Shown one piece after another: positions 51,885 through 64,000 of a DNA stretch of 64,000 bases. Both the position numbers and the translations under genes were made by a program. The notes beneath the pieces were generated by a model, which saw only the letters and a program-made list of their open reading frames with translations, was not told the DNA's origin and did no database searches. Within the stretch, counting starts at the first letter, position 1. Every line of letters starts with the position of its first letter. The stretch spans positions 36,828,001 to 36,892,000 of the forward strand of contig OY740801.1 of the NCBI GenBank assembly GCA_963514005.1, written 5' to 3'. The stretch is from Raja brachyura (taxonomy: Eukaryota).

Positions 51885-52650
51885 AAAGAAACTGCAAGTG
51901 CTGGTTTATACCAAAGATAGACACAAAATGCTGGAGTAACTCAACGGGTCAGGCAGCATCTTTGGAGAAAATGGATAGGTGACGTTTTGGGTCGGGATCC
52001 TTATTCAGACTGAGAGTCTTCGGAAACTGAAAGCAAGGGGAAAAAAGGACAAATCGGAGGTGGCAACAGATGATCTCAGGCAAGGAGGATCCCTGATAGG
52101 CTGATGTTGGCTAGAGACAGGTATGAGTCTATGGGGGATAGCTAGTTGCAAATTGTGGAGCTGATTAATGGACTTGGAGTGGAGGGGAGGGAGTGGGAGT
52201 GGGAGGAATGGGGAGGGGAGGGAGAAGTTTTTGTAGAAGGTACCTAAATTTGGAGAATATACTGTTTATACTGCTGGGTTGCAAGCTACCCGTGAAATAT
52301 GAGATTCTGTTCCTCCAATTTGTGGTTGGCATCACTCTGGCAATGGAGGAAGCTGAGGAAAGAAAGGTCAGTGTGGGAATGGGTAGGGTAGTTAAAGTGG
52401 TTAGCAACTGGGAGGTCCAGTGGGCCTTGGCAGACTGCGCGCAAATGTTCAGCGAAATGACCACCTCGCAAACGTCTCGCAAACGTAATATACAGTTTTT
52501 GCTCGCTTCCAGTTTCTTCCCTCACCCCCCTCCCCAACACCCCCCCAACTACAATCTGTCTGCAGAAGGGAGCCGAACCCGACCCGAAACATCACCTGCC
52601 CATTTTCTCCCTGACCCACCGAATTACTCTAGCATTTTGTGTCTATCTGA
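51885..52650 (-). mobile_element. Penelope 3' end with pLTR and an inverted pLTR piece
   Basis: HFAEHLRAV..DLPVANHFN...KLEEQNLIF (GIY-YIG C-terminus) followed on the minus strand by a degenerate HHR-bearing pLTR; opposite-orientation pLTR at about 52545-52650. Confidence 0.8.
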
Positions 52651-54215
52651 CTTTCGCCAATACTAAAGATGAGATGCAGGCTCTAAGACTGATGCAGTCT
52701 GAACTAAACCTCAGACTGTCGCTGGTTGGAGATTGAGTTTCAGATGTTAAACCGTGATAGTCATTTCCGATTTACTGCATGTCAAGAAGTCTGGATATGA
52801 TTAATTTCCACTGGAGAGATGCTCAGGATTACGAAGCAGGAGGGATTTAATGCTTTTGGTCACTACTTGGGTTTGGCAGTATTTGTATTCTCCACCCACA
52901 AGACAAATGAGTATTGCCAGGGAACTAAAACAGCCTGAGGTTAGGGCCAATGACCTTCTGAATACTTCTTTAATTTCAGAAATGTCATTTTATTCATAAA
53001 ATGTGCAACAATGTATAATGCAATGCCTTGAAATGTCACCAATCTCAGTAGAAATCATGCCATTCCATTTACATCTCGGCATGACATTAGATTTCCATTG
53101 CATTTATTTCTTTAGCAAACAGTTCAAGGAGCTTTTATATGTGTTTCAGCTCCTTCAGGAGGTCCTTCAGTTATAGAAGGGCCACCAATCTAGTTTCTGC
53201 TTCACCTTGTGGTCCTGCACTATCCTTTTTGTCTGTCCCCCAGCACATAGTCCTGGACCATAAGACATAGGCGTTAAATAAGGCCATTCGGCCCTTCCAG
53301 TCTACTCTGCCATTCAATCATGGTTTACCTGATTTTCCCTCTCAATCCCATTCTCCTTCCTTCTCCCCATATCTTGATGCCCAGGTACTGTCAGAAACAC
53401 CTTGATGTCTGTTCTTCGGACGAGAACACAATCCCATTATATTATTTCAATAAAAATAGTTAATTAATCTTGGTAAATATTTATTCCTCAGCCACCATCT
53501 CCAAATATTATACAACCTTGTTTTGGTCACATTGTCATTTATAGGCACTTGCTGGGGGTTAAATTCGGAGTTGTGTTTCTTATAATGCACTCCATTAGCT
53601 GTAAAGTACTTTGGAATAATGCGAGTCCTTTCCAAAGATACTAGAGCAAGAGCACGATTTTCCACTCAGCGAAAAAGCTGTAGTAGGTCATGGGTAATTT
53701 TTTTGCGCCATCTTGGGAATTGGCTACCGACATGGCGTCCACATCTACAAGCGTAACGTGATGCTCTGCTATAAATTGCCCGAATCGCCAAAGTAGGCGA
53801 CCCGACCTGTCTTTCTTCCCCACCTGTGATGTGATCGCTGCAGCGGGAATCATATCTCACTTTTTGCAGTGAAGACAAGAGCTAAATTGGCAAGGGATGG
53901 ACGTTTATTTGTGGCACGGTTTTGCTGTATGTGACAATGTGTCGATTCTGAATTAGAATTCACAATTTTCGAGACTATGTACAATTCGAGAGGTTTACCG
54001 GTGACTCCGTGGAAACCATAACCTATTCAAACCCACTTCATATATTAATTATATATCAATTATAAAATAAAATATGACTAAAACGAGAAACACGCGGGCG
54101 CAGTCACCCGCTAAAAACGTGGGGGTGTGCATAATTCCACGGGGAACCGTCAAACAAAAGACACAAAATGCTGAAGTAACTCTGCGGGACTGGCATCATC
54201 TCTGGAGAGAAGGAA

Positions 54216-54249
54216 TGGGTGACGTTTCGGTCGAGACCCTTCTTCAGAC
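54216..54249 (-). ncRNA. Minimal hammerhead motif (intact core, weak stem I)
   Basis: Minus strand GU-CUGAAGA-AG-GGUC(UC)GACC-GAAAC-GUC-ACCCA. Confidence 0.55.
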
Positions 54250-55119
54250 AAACAAATGATCGTGTCCCCTAAAAGGTTATAATCATTCGCTCGTCTGACC
54301 GTATCAGATCACCAGGGAAGACAATGAATTTCCTGATGAGGATTTTCTCTTCACCCCAGTATTCCCCCAACACAGCAAGGAATATCGACACCATATAGCG
54401 ACCAATTTTTGGAATTAGTGGAGTTAATAGGTTCAAGTTATTTAGTGGCAATCTTGCAATACTTGAAGCGTTTGAGTTAAATTGAGTGAGATGCACCCGA
54501 GTGCCTATTAGATTGGCAGACGGACGAACTAATGTACTGGAAACAAAATGCTGGAGTAACTCAACGGGACAAGCAGCACCTGTGGCAGGGAGGAAAACAT
54601 TTAAAAAGAAAATTAACAAAATTATGAATTTGGTAGATGGGCTATATCACACGCACATACTGTTCCCCCACAACACTGATTACACCAAAGATCATAGAGG
54701 GCTAAGATAGACCGCTCCTGCAAAATCCAATGGACTGACGGTGGATTTAACTGCGAGAGGCATAAAGGAAGTCGGATGTTGTATTCCCAAAATGGCGGTG
54801 GTTCTGTTCCGTTGCGTGCTACACGTCAGTCCATTGGATCTTTGGTCCTTTCCATCTGATGCAGCCTAGTGAAGCTGCATTTCAGCCACGCACACTCCCC
54901 CCACTTGGGAACACTCTGTATTAGACCATAATGTTTAAACGGAATTCTGTAGAGCTGTTTAATCTGTTCAGAAAGTATTCCTCGTGGCAAGAATAAGGGC
55001 TCAAAACCTCCTTGTGTTTTTTTTTTCAATTGAACGTGTCAAGAATTTCCAAAGTGTGAATGATTAACTGGTGGCTTGATTATTTTCAGTGGATTGCAGA
55101 ATCATTTTGTGCAATAGTA

Positions 55120-56250
55120 AAAGATTTAATAGGAATCTGAGGGGTAACTTTTTCACACAATGGGTGGTGGGGGTTTAGAACGAGCTGCCAAGGAGGCAGG
55201 GAGTGTCCCAATGTTTAAGAAACAATCAGACAGCTATATGTGGCTAGGACAGGTGTTTGAAGGTAGACAAAACTTCAAGGCCTGATCTGATATATCCGAG
55301 GACATTGTGGGAAACTGGAGAGGAAATTACGGGAACCCTGGTTGAAATTTATGAGTCGTCCTTAAATACAGGAGAGGTGCCGGAAGACTGGAGGGTGGCA
55401 AAAGTTGTGCCTCTTTTCAAGAAGGGCTGCAGGGAAAATGCTGAGAACTATAGGCCAGTGAGCTTAACATCTGTAGTTGGTAATTTACTAGAGAGTATTC
55501 TGAGGGATCTGATATACAGGCATTTGGATGGGTAAGGGCTGATTAGGGATAGTCAGCGTGGTTTTGTACGTGGGAAGTCGTATCTCCAAACCTAATTGAT
55601 TTTTTTGAAGACGTGACCAAAAAGGTCAATGAGGGCAGAGCTGTAGATGTTGTGTACATGGACTTCGGCAAGGCGTTCAACCACGTTCCGCATGGTAGGT
55701 TGATCTGGAAGGAGAGATAGCTGAATGAATAGCAAATTGGCTCCATGGAAGGAAGCAGAGGGTAATGGTGGAAGGTTGCTTTTCAGACTGGTTGCCTGTG
55801 ACTAGTGGTGTGCCTCAGGGTTCGGTGCTGGGCCCGTTACTGTTTGTCATCTACATCAATGATTTGGATGAGAACATACAGGGAAAGATTAGCAAATTTG
55901 CTGATGATACAAAAGTTGGTGGTTTTGCAGATAGTGAAGATGGTTGTGAAAGATTGTAGCAGGATCTGGATCGATTGACCAGGTGGGCGGAGGAATGGTT
56001 GAAGGGATTTAATACAGATAAATGTGAGGTGTTGCATTTTGGGACGTCGAACAAGGGCAGGACCTATACAGTAAATGATAGGCCTCTGGGTAGTGTTGTA
56101 GAGCAGAGGGATCGAGAAGTGCAGGTGCATGGTTCCTTGAAGGTCGAGTCGCAGGTACATAAAGTGGTCAAAAAGGCTATTGGCACTTTGGCCTTCATCA
56201 GTCAGAATATTGAGTATAGAAATTGGGAAGTCACGTTGCAGTTGTATGGA
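55120..56250 (+). mobile_element. CR1 LINE RT fragment
   Basis: GEVPEDWRVAKVVPLFKKG..NYRPVSLTS, SGVPQGSVLGPLLFVIYINDLD, KFADDTK. Confidence 0.92.
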
Positions 56251-56419
56251 ACATGACTTCCCAACAGCCGGGGTGACGCCTGTTTGGTGGTGACAGTTTC
56301 CAAATTCCTGTACCTTCAAGTGGTACATGAAATGTATTATGTTATTTTTGGCATACTACTGTACTCTACATCACTTCTAATAAAAATACATTTAAAAAGA
56401 ATTTTTAAAAAAACAACAA

Positions 56420-56867
56420 CATTTTGACTTTGGTATTCACCTCCCCTCTCACTCCTGTCACTATTGGCCCTGACCTTGCTCTCTTATCCTGTCTCGAACT
56501 TTCCTTCCCATTAATTGAGGAGTCTTTTGTAAGTATTCCTGCACTCACTTCCCCTTTAACTCCATCTTTATACTCCCAATTTGCCAATCCCTCCCCCCCA
56601 CTATTTAGTTTAAACCCACATGTGTAGCCCTAACAAACCTGCCTGCCAGAACGTTAGTCCCCCTCCAGTTAAGGTGCAACCCGTCCCTTTTGTACCCCAG
56701 AAGAGATCCCAGTGGTCTACAAAGCTAAAGCCTTGCTCCCTGCACCAGCCCTCCAGCCACACATTCAGATGGCCTATCTCCCTGTTCCTGCCCTCACTAG
56801 CACGAGGTACTAGAAGCAATCCAGAGATAACCACCCTGGATGTCCTGCTTTTCAGTCTTCTTCCTAA
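56420..56867 (-). mobile_element. CR1 ORF1 (SGNH esterase-like) fragment
   Basis: VVISGLLLVPRASEGRNREIGHLNVWLEGWCREQGFSFVDHWDLFWG, then (D)GLHLNWRGTNVLAGRF. Confidence 0.8.
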
Positions 56868-57096
56868 AGGGCCTCTCCCACTTGGCCATCATTTGCGCAT
56901 AAATTACGCAACATCATTTACGCGTCAAGACGTGCGCGACGTGACACGCACCTGATGCGCGCTTGGTGCGCATTACACGTGCATGGTGCGCGATGACATA
57001 GGCAGTGACGCCGGCCGCGAGCGGCGTCGCAGGATTTTGTGATGTACAAAATCTTCGTGCGTGACTCGCGCATGACGGCCAAGTGGGATAGGCCCT
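56868..57096. mobile_element. Short PIF/Harbinger MITE
   Basis: TIR AGGGCCT.TCCCACTTGGCC.TCAT; flanked TAA / TTA; CpG-rich palindromic interior. Confidence 0.85.
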
Positions 57097-57974
57097 TTAG
57101 GAAGAACATTGAAAAACAGGACTTCCAGGGTGGTTATCTCTGGATTGCTTCCAATACCTTGTGCTTGACTCTAAACTCGTGTTGCAGAACCTCCAGAATT
57201 TTGTGTCTTTCCTGTTACCCTTTAAACTTTGTCTTGTAGAAATGTATACAGGTATTATTTCTCAGAAACTAAAGTGGTTGCAAAGTATATTGCTTTAGCA
57301 AACCATTAATCTAACCTCTATTTGTGCAGATAATTGTCTTACTGTCAAATATGAGAGAACTATTTCTGTGCCAGATGGCTTGATGCCTTCAATGGGCTAT
57401 AAACTCGTTGAGAATGTTCATTAGGGACCTAATGCCAGTTGAAGAAACTCTTTCAGAATTAGTCAGTGATGCATTGAGATGGTGGTTCCACTCATCACAC
57501 ATCTCTACCCTACTAATTAAGACACTCCGAGATGAGCAAATGTGCAATCTTGGTGCTAATTAGTGACCAGATTGCATTCCTTTTATATGCACCAGAGCTG
57601 CAGCATTATTGAGGGATGAGGATAGTATAGGTGTGAGATATTGAAAGTAAACTTGCAGATACAGAAAACAACAGGGAAGGCAAATAGAATGTGGCTCTCA
57701 TTGAAAGAGGTTAGAGTGTGAGGATTCTTGTTGTGTTTGTGCAAATCTTTGGTGAGATTACTCGTGGAATATTATATTCAATTTTGGTTTCATTTGCCAG
57801 AGAATGATTGTTTAGAAAGTTACTTCCTCTTGGCGGCACTACTTGTGGCATCAGATAGTGTCAGATCATGGGAATTAGAGCCATAGAGTCAGACAACGTA
57901 GAAACAGGCCTTTCGGCCCAACTTGCCTATGTTAACCAAGATGCCTCATCAACATCAAGCACATTGTGTTTAAT

Positions 57975-58031
57975 GGGGATATGAATTTCTAGGCACATAT
58001 TAACAGGGGATATGAATTTCTAGGCACATAT
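57975..58031 (+). repeat. 31-bp tandem duplication in a degenerate CR1 region
   Basis: ggggatatgaatttctaggcacatat occurs twice. Confidence 0.9.
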
Positions 58032-58999
58032 ACTTGGGGTCTTGCAACAGATCCATTAGACTGATTTCTGAGATGAATTGTCCTCTGTAGAGAGATGTTG
58101 TTTGGTCTAGTCCTCAAGGAGTCCAGAAGAATGGGAGGGGAGAGATAATTACGAGGAGCTTTGATGAGAATCGTATCTACTCAAGCAAAACACAAAGTGC
58201 TGGAGTAACTCAGTGGAACAGGGCAGCGACTGAAGAGGGAATAGATAGGTGCTATTTTGGTACCACAAAAATGTTGCCTATCCATTCCCTCTCCAGATGC
58301 TGCCCGGCCCACTTAAGTTACTCCATCACTTTGTGCTTTGCTCAATATTTCAGCATCTGCAGTTCCTCGTGTCTATGTTTCCTCGCTTTGGTTGGCCTGA
58401 GCTTGAGTTGAATCTCTAATTAAGGGAGCCAACTGCTTAATACAGATGTATGGATGCATTTCATTACGGCGTGGGTTAAGTCGAGAAAATTCTTTTCAGT
58501 TGGGCACTTGTAGGTGTTCGGGCACTGAGCGTATTTGAGGTTGAGATGAATGGATTTTTAAACATGGAATATTGGGGAATCAGGTGGGAGAAGTTGACTT
58601 GAGAAACAGGCTCTGTCAGGGTGGCACAGGGGCACTGCAGAGGAGGGGGGGGGGTTACCAAATCACACCTGCAGCCATTCTGATTCAGTCCTGACTTCCG
58701 GTCCTGTCTGAGTGGAGTTTGCAAGTTCACCCTCTGACCACATATTATTCCTCAGCATGTTTCCTTCCTCATCCCAAAGACCAATGGGAGGGTAAGTCAG
58801 TTGGGCTCCGTAAGTTGCTGCTCGTGCAGTGCGGATGGTGGGAATATCTCTGAGAGTTAATGGGCATGTGAGGGAGGAGAAACTACATGGAAATTACACG
58901 GGTCAATCTGCCACAGAGTGGCTGGGCCGAATGGCCATCCTGTCTCATAAAGAAATATAGAAATGTTCCAGATGAATGGCTGGACAATGAAACAAGGAA

Positions 59000-59320
59000 G
59001 GCAGCATGGTGGTGCAGCGGTAGAGTTGCTGCCTTACTGCGCCAGAGACCCAGGTTCGATGCTGACTACAGTTGCTTGTCTGTATGGAGTTTGCACGTTC
59101 TCCCTGTGACCTGCATGGGTTTCTTCGAGATCTCCGGTTTCCTTCCACATTCCAAAGATGTACATAGGCCTGTAGGCCAATGGGCTCGGTATAATTGTAA
59201 ATTGTCCCTAGTGTGTATGGGATAGTGTTAGTTTGCGGGGATCGCTGGTCGGTGCGGACTCAGTGGGCCGGAGGCACTGTTTCCACGATGTATCTCTGAA
59301 CTAAAACCAACAAACTAAAC
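59000..59320 (+). mobile_element. HE1/V-SINE-like SINE
   Basis: GGTGGTGCAGCGGTAG A box, GGTTCGATGC B box, CR1-like tail. Confidence 0.88.
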
Positions 59321-61415
59321 TTAACTGCAAATGCTGGAATCTTGAGTAAAACACAAAGTGCTGAAGCAACTCGGCAGATGTCAGCACAATACACATAGAT
59401 AATGTGTAATTAACACAAAACATTGCATTAATAGTGCAGCCATAGACAGTTAAAGTTGAGGTCAGTGTTGTGCAGTGTTCAAAAACATGATGGTTGTTGG
59501 GATGACACTATTCTTAAACTTGGTGGTCACAGTTTCCAGACTCCTGTATCCTCTCGAGGGTAGGAGTGAAATGAGATCATGGCCAGGGTCTTTGACACCA
59601 GCTGTCATCAGCATGTGCGTGACATTAACCGATTGCCCATAAAACATGAGCCTCACTGTTTCTTAACATGCCACAGCAATTCTTCCAACTCACTCTTACT
59701 GCTAGCCTGTTGCCATTAGGTTTCATCGCCATTGCAGCACTGGAGGAGTTGCTGTGGCAGATTCACTGAGCCATAGAAGCCTCATTCCGTGCTGCTGCAA
59801 TCCTTGGACTTTGCTCAAAGCTAAAGCAAATTACTGAAACCTTCTGACCAAAGAAGGACACCATTCGACTAATTGTTCTGTCAATCGATAGAACCTACCG
59901 AACCCAATGTAAGCATCAAGAATTTGATCGATGGCCCTACTCATCAATCCTCTCCTCATCAATCAATACATACATATAGCCCTCCCTCGGGTGACCAAAC
60001 TGCACAAAGTATTTGAGTTGCCGAATAAGGAAATGGGAACATTTTGGCAATGAGTGAGCCTTTATTTTTAAGCAAGCCACTGCCTCTCGCATGCTTTAAG
60101 TCAGAAAGTATCACCAACTTAATCATCCCTTTAGGAAAGTAGATCATTGAGCAAAACTTAAGGAACTTTATTTGGCTGACTAACCATCTGGAAAAGGGAT
60201 GGATTTATTTCTTCATTTTTTGTTGTTTTTAAAATAACTTGCTAATCATGCCTGAAGATTGTTGATCAGTTTGACGCATTAATGCCCAATGTCGCAGAGC
60301 TGAGACAACATTAAAGTGACAAACCAACAAACAGGAACCTTTCCCCTGTCAGATCACATCAGTCAGCAATGAGAATGAACACGGGAGGTTTGTTGGTGTT
60401 ATGTAAGCAGCAGCCCAAGTACAAAGGTTCCCTTTGTTAATTTTCCTCTTTTAACGACACGGATCTGGATCTGGAAGTAGTAGCTGACAAGCTGTAGGTA
60501 GAGCATCACTCAGCACTGGACAATTCTATAGTAGTGGACATTTTAAAAAAAACATTTTTTACAAGCCAATTAACCTACAAACCTGCGCGTCTTTGGAGTG
60601 TGGGAGGAAACCGAAGACCTCGGAGAAAACCCACACAGATCACGTGGAGAACGTACAAACTCCGTACAGACAGCACTCGTAGCACACCCGTAGGGCAGCA
60701 ACCCTACCGTGACACAGACAGATTTACTAAACTGGTTTCAGATTTTTCTGATGGTTTTTCGTAATTTGTCAGTGTGCATTGGAATAACGAGAAAGGCATT
60801 GAGCAGAGAGCAAGACTGCACGAGGATGGTGTTAATGTGCGGGGATCGCTGACTCGGAGGGCCGAAGGGCCTGTTTCCGTGCTGTATCTCCAAACTAAAC
60901 ATGCAGAAGCCCATTGAAAGCAGCAGCTTCACAAAGGGCACATGGCCAGTGTTCACCTGGCCCTTGCTTGGCACATGCTGTACCCTGACAGTCGCTCGAG
61001 TGAACTTCCTCAAATAAAGCTTTGTACCATTAAATCGTTTTCAAAGAGGGTATAAGTTTTGGTTTGACTAGTGAAATAAAGAGAGTCAGAGATAGAGATG
61101 GGTGAAAAAGGTCTGAATGGAAGATCATCACTTAAAGAGCAACCGGAAATTAAGACTCAGAGACAGACCAGTCTAGTCAGGTCCGCTGTGGCGCATCAGG
61201 CAGCAAACTTTTGAAATTCATTCAACAGTCCCAGGAAGGAAAGTTCTACCTTTGTAATTTCTGTAAATCCACAGTGTGCCGTTATTTCTGTGTGCTTATC
61301 CATTTACTGCTCAACGCCTCTGTTTGCCAGTCTGTGGCTGATGTTATGCTCCTGCATGCTCTGCGCTGACAACCTGGAAGCCAACATGGTGTGAAGGGAA
61401 GTTTGCTGAAAGTAA

Positions 61416-61967
61416 AGGGCCTGTCCTACCAGCATCTGACTCCATCGATGAGCGCGATCTCACTAGAAGCGGGGGCCGCGCGGAGGTCGGGTGATCCCCT
61501 GTACAGGGCCATCCCACCAGCATGCGCCTACATGCGGCAAGCGTGACCAAACCGGCAGCGAGGGCCGCGCGGAGGTCGGGTGAGTGGAGCAACGCGGCGC
61601 AAAGTGAGGCGAACTTGGAGCGAAGTCTTAAGGTAACTTCGCCAGGACAGAGAGGGACACACAGAGAGGGGCACAGAGGCACACACATAGAGGGTCACGG
61701 AGGCACCTACAGATAGGTTCACGGAGGCACGATGTCGAGGCGGTGTGTAATGCGTCGAGGCGACTGTGAGCCGACAAGCTGTTGCCGCGCGGAATCTTTG
61801 AACATAGTCAGTTTTTCGGAGCCCCGCGCGATGTCGGGACGAACTCCGCACAATTTCGCACGGCTCCGGCGATCGAAGTGGGACCGGCCCCGCGACGCCG
61901 GACGGCTCAAGCGACCATGTTAGGTCGCGCTCATCGCATGGAGTTGCATGCTTGTAGGACAGGTCCT
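61416..61967 (-). mobile_element. PIF/Harbinger MITE, family shared with 62998-63506
   Basis: TIR AGGGCCTGTCCTAC; flanks TAA/TTA; duplicated subterminal unit of about 88 bp. Confidence 0.88.
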
Positions 61968-62997
61968 TTAGCTGCTGCTGTTTATGGCGTAAGCCGCGAA
62001 GGGTGAGACGCGTGTATGAAAGAAAGCAAATCTAGTGTCGCATCGCCGCCAACATTGTCACACATCGTGGTTGCGCTGATGAACATATTTTCATCCAGCA
62101 GAGAGTACAAGATGTCCCAGTGGATGTGATCCCCTCTGACTGCTGTCCCTGATATGCGTCGCCCATCACCACTTATGACAAGGAATGTGGGTCTCCCCCC
62201 CCCAACCTTGACATAAAACATGATTACAGCCAACACTGGGCGGTTATTAATCAATCAGTCTGGCTAGCTGTTTGGTTCCTCTAGTTGGAACGTCACAAAC
62301 CCAGGTCTCAGACCTCACTTGCACAGATAGTTTCGAACACATTTACCACCCTGCTCACGTTGTCTTTAATCGCACCCTTCAATCAACCAGTCAATAGGAT
62401 GGCATTTTGCAACCTTAATGCATAATCCTGGCAGTAATTTCTATAGATTCACACAACTAATGGCAATTTCGATTTTTGATATGAAATAAGTGACGGTAAA
62501 TCTTTCTCCAGATCAATAATGACAGCCCACAACACCTTGTTGAATTGATTAGCCGTGGGTTTCTAAGGTCCATAGCAGAAAGAGCATGCTCGCAAAACAT
62601 TCACTTTACTTTATGAGTGATGGCAGTCTTATAACTTTCTCTTTTAGATCGCTGCTTTACACACATTAATCGCAAATGCAGGTGATCATACTAAACTACA
62701 AACTGGCATCCGGCTGATTTACTAACGTTATGGGTTTATTAGTTACAAAGATACCCACACGACTTGCAAGGAATGTCTTCAGGCCTACAGGCACCTCCCC
62801 CAGCGAGATCAACAGCTATCAGAATGAATTCATGCCTGAATCTCAGCTTGTAGGGTATAGAGCCTCCTGGTTAAAGCAGCAGCCAAACACTAATGTTGCA
62901 TGTACTGGATGAGTTACATCTTGCTTCCAATAAACGCTGGGACATGTAGGCTAATTGTTTCAATCCTTGCACAACCAGAGCAGAAAAAAAAGGTTAA

Positions 62998-63506
62998 AGG
63001 GCCTGTCCTACCAGCATGCGACTCCATGTGGTGAGCGTGACCTCCATGTGGTCGCTTGAGGCATCCGGCTTCACAGGGCCAGTCCCACTTCGATCGCCGG
63101 AGCCGTGCGGAATTGTGCGGAGCTGGTCCCGATATCGCGCGGGGCTCCGAAAAACTGACCGTGTTCAAAAATTCCGCGCGGCAACGGCCTGTCGACCCGC
63201 AGTCGCCTCGACGCATTACGCACTGCCTCGACGTCGTGCCTCTGTGCCCCTCTCTGTGTGTGCCTCCGTGCCCCTCTGTGTGTCCCTCTCTGTCCTTGAG
63301 AACTTACCTTGCGGACTTCGCTCCAACTTTGCGCCACTCACCCGACCTCCGCGCGGCCCCCGCTGCCGGTTTGGTTGCGCTTCCCGCATGCAGGCACATG
63401 CTGGTGGGATCGGCCCTGTACACGGATCACCCGACCTCCGTGCGGCCCTCGCTCCCAGTTTGGTCGCGCTCACCGCATGGAGTCGGATGCTGGTAGGACA
63501 GGCCCT
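62998..63506 (+). mobile_element. PIF/Harbinger MITE, inverted relative to 61416-61967
   Basis: TAA TSD on both sides; TIR AGGGCCTGTCCTACCAGCAT. Confidence 0.92.
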
Positions 63507-64000
63507 TAAGGACTATCTGGGCTACAGTAGTCCAAGTACTATATCTCGACCCAGAATGTCACCCATTCCTTCTCTCCAGAGTTGCTGCTTGTCCCGCTGA
63601 GTTACTCCAACTTTTTGTGTCTACCATCAGTCCAAATACTCCGACTACTAAAGAGTACAATAATAATTTAAAATAAAGTAATTTATTTTAAAAAGTTATA
63701 AAATAATACTCCATGTGAGATGATTGTAAAGACCGTGAGTGTGGTAAGTCATGTTAATAGATTCAACATATCCTGATTTTGAGTCATGGAGAATAAAACC
63801 AGAGATGGTAGCACTGGCAACAAATATTGACAACAATATAGACCAAGTCAAGTCAAGTTTATTTGTCACGTACACATACGGGATGTGCAGTGAAATGGAA
63901 AGTGGCCGTGCCTGCAGACTTTGTGCAAAAAACAAACAACCAAGCAACAAACAACAAACAGAACGGAACAGAATCACATGTTCTTTTCCATATGAAATAT

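Noticed and set aside
62647-62912. Possible exon after ctttctcttttag and a 60-aa ORF at 62730
   Set aside because: No recognisable protein similarity and only a weak donor; unsupported
63016-63600. 194-aa and other overlapping ORFs, also at 61344-62006 and 29485-29901
   Set aside because: Fall within GC-rich Harbinger MITE or terminal sequence where stops are rare; open in several frames on both strands
38300-64000. Expected septin (SEPTIN12-like) coding exons from human synteny
   Set aside because: No septin GTPase motifs (GxSGLGKST, FEFNIMVVG) seen in the window

Overview
Vertebrate genomic DNA. The repeat content (HE1/V-SINE-like tRNA SINEs with CR1 tails, CR1, Rex1, Penelope) points to a cartilaginous fish, probably a skate or ray; this is inference. 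Two host genes lie tail to tail. The last three coding exons of ROGDI are on the + strand (3739-7625). A complete spliced 83-aa SMIM22/CASIMO1 microprotein CDS is on the - strand (25305-17146); the ORF track does not capture it. Most of the remaining identifiable sequence is transposon-derived. LINE-type elements include a near-full-length Rex1 plus CR1, L1, RTE and Tx1-like fragments. There is a Penelope RT/GIY-YIG element and many Penelope pLTR fragments carrying minimal hammerhead ribozyme cores. DNA elements include two Tc1 families, a hAT MITE with an 8-bp TSD, and PIF/Harbinger MITEs together with a truncated, intron-containing MADF/Myb-like Harbinger gene. Several insertions have unusual flanks: an 88-bp direct duplication, a 69-bp inverted duplication and a captured internal LINE fragment. 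No prokaryotic features, CRISPR arrays, rRNA or true tRNA genes were seen. Exon and TIR boundaries were read base by base; other repeat boundaries are approximate. Family assignments rest on motif recall, not database searches.
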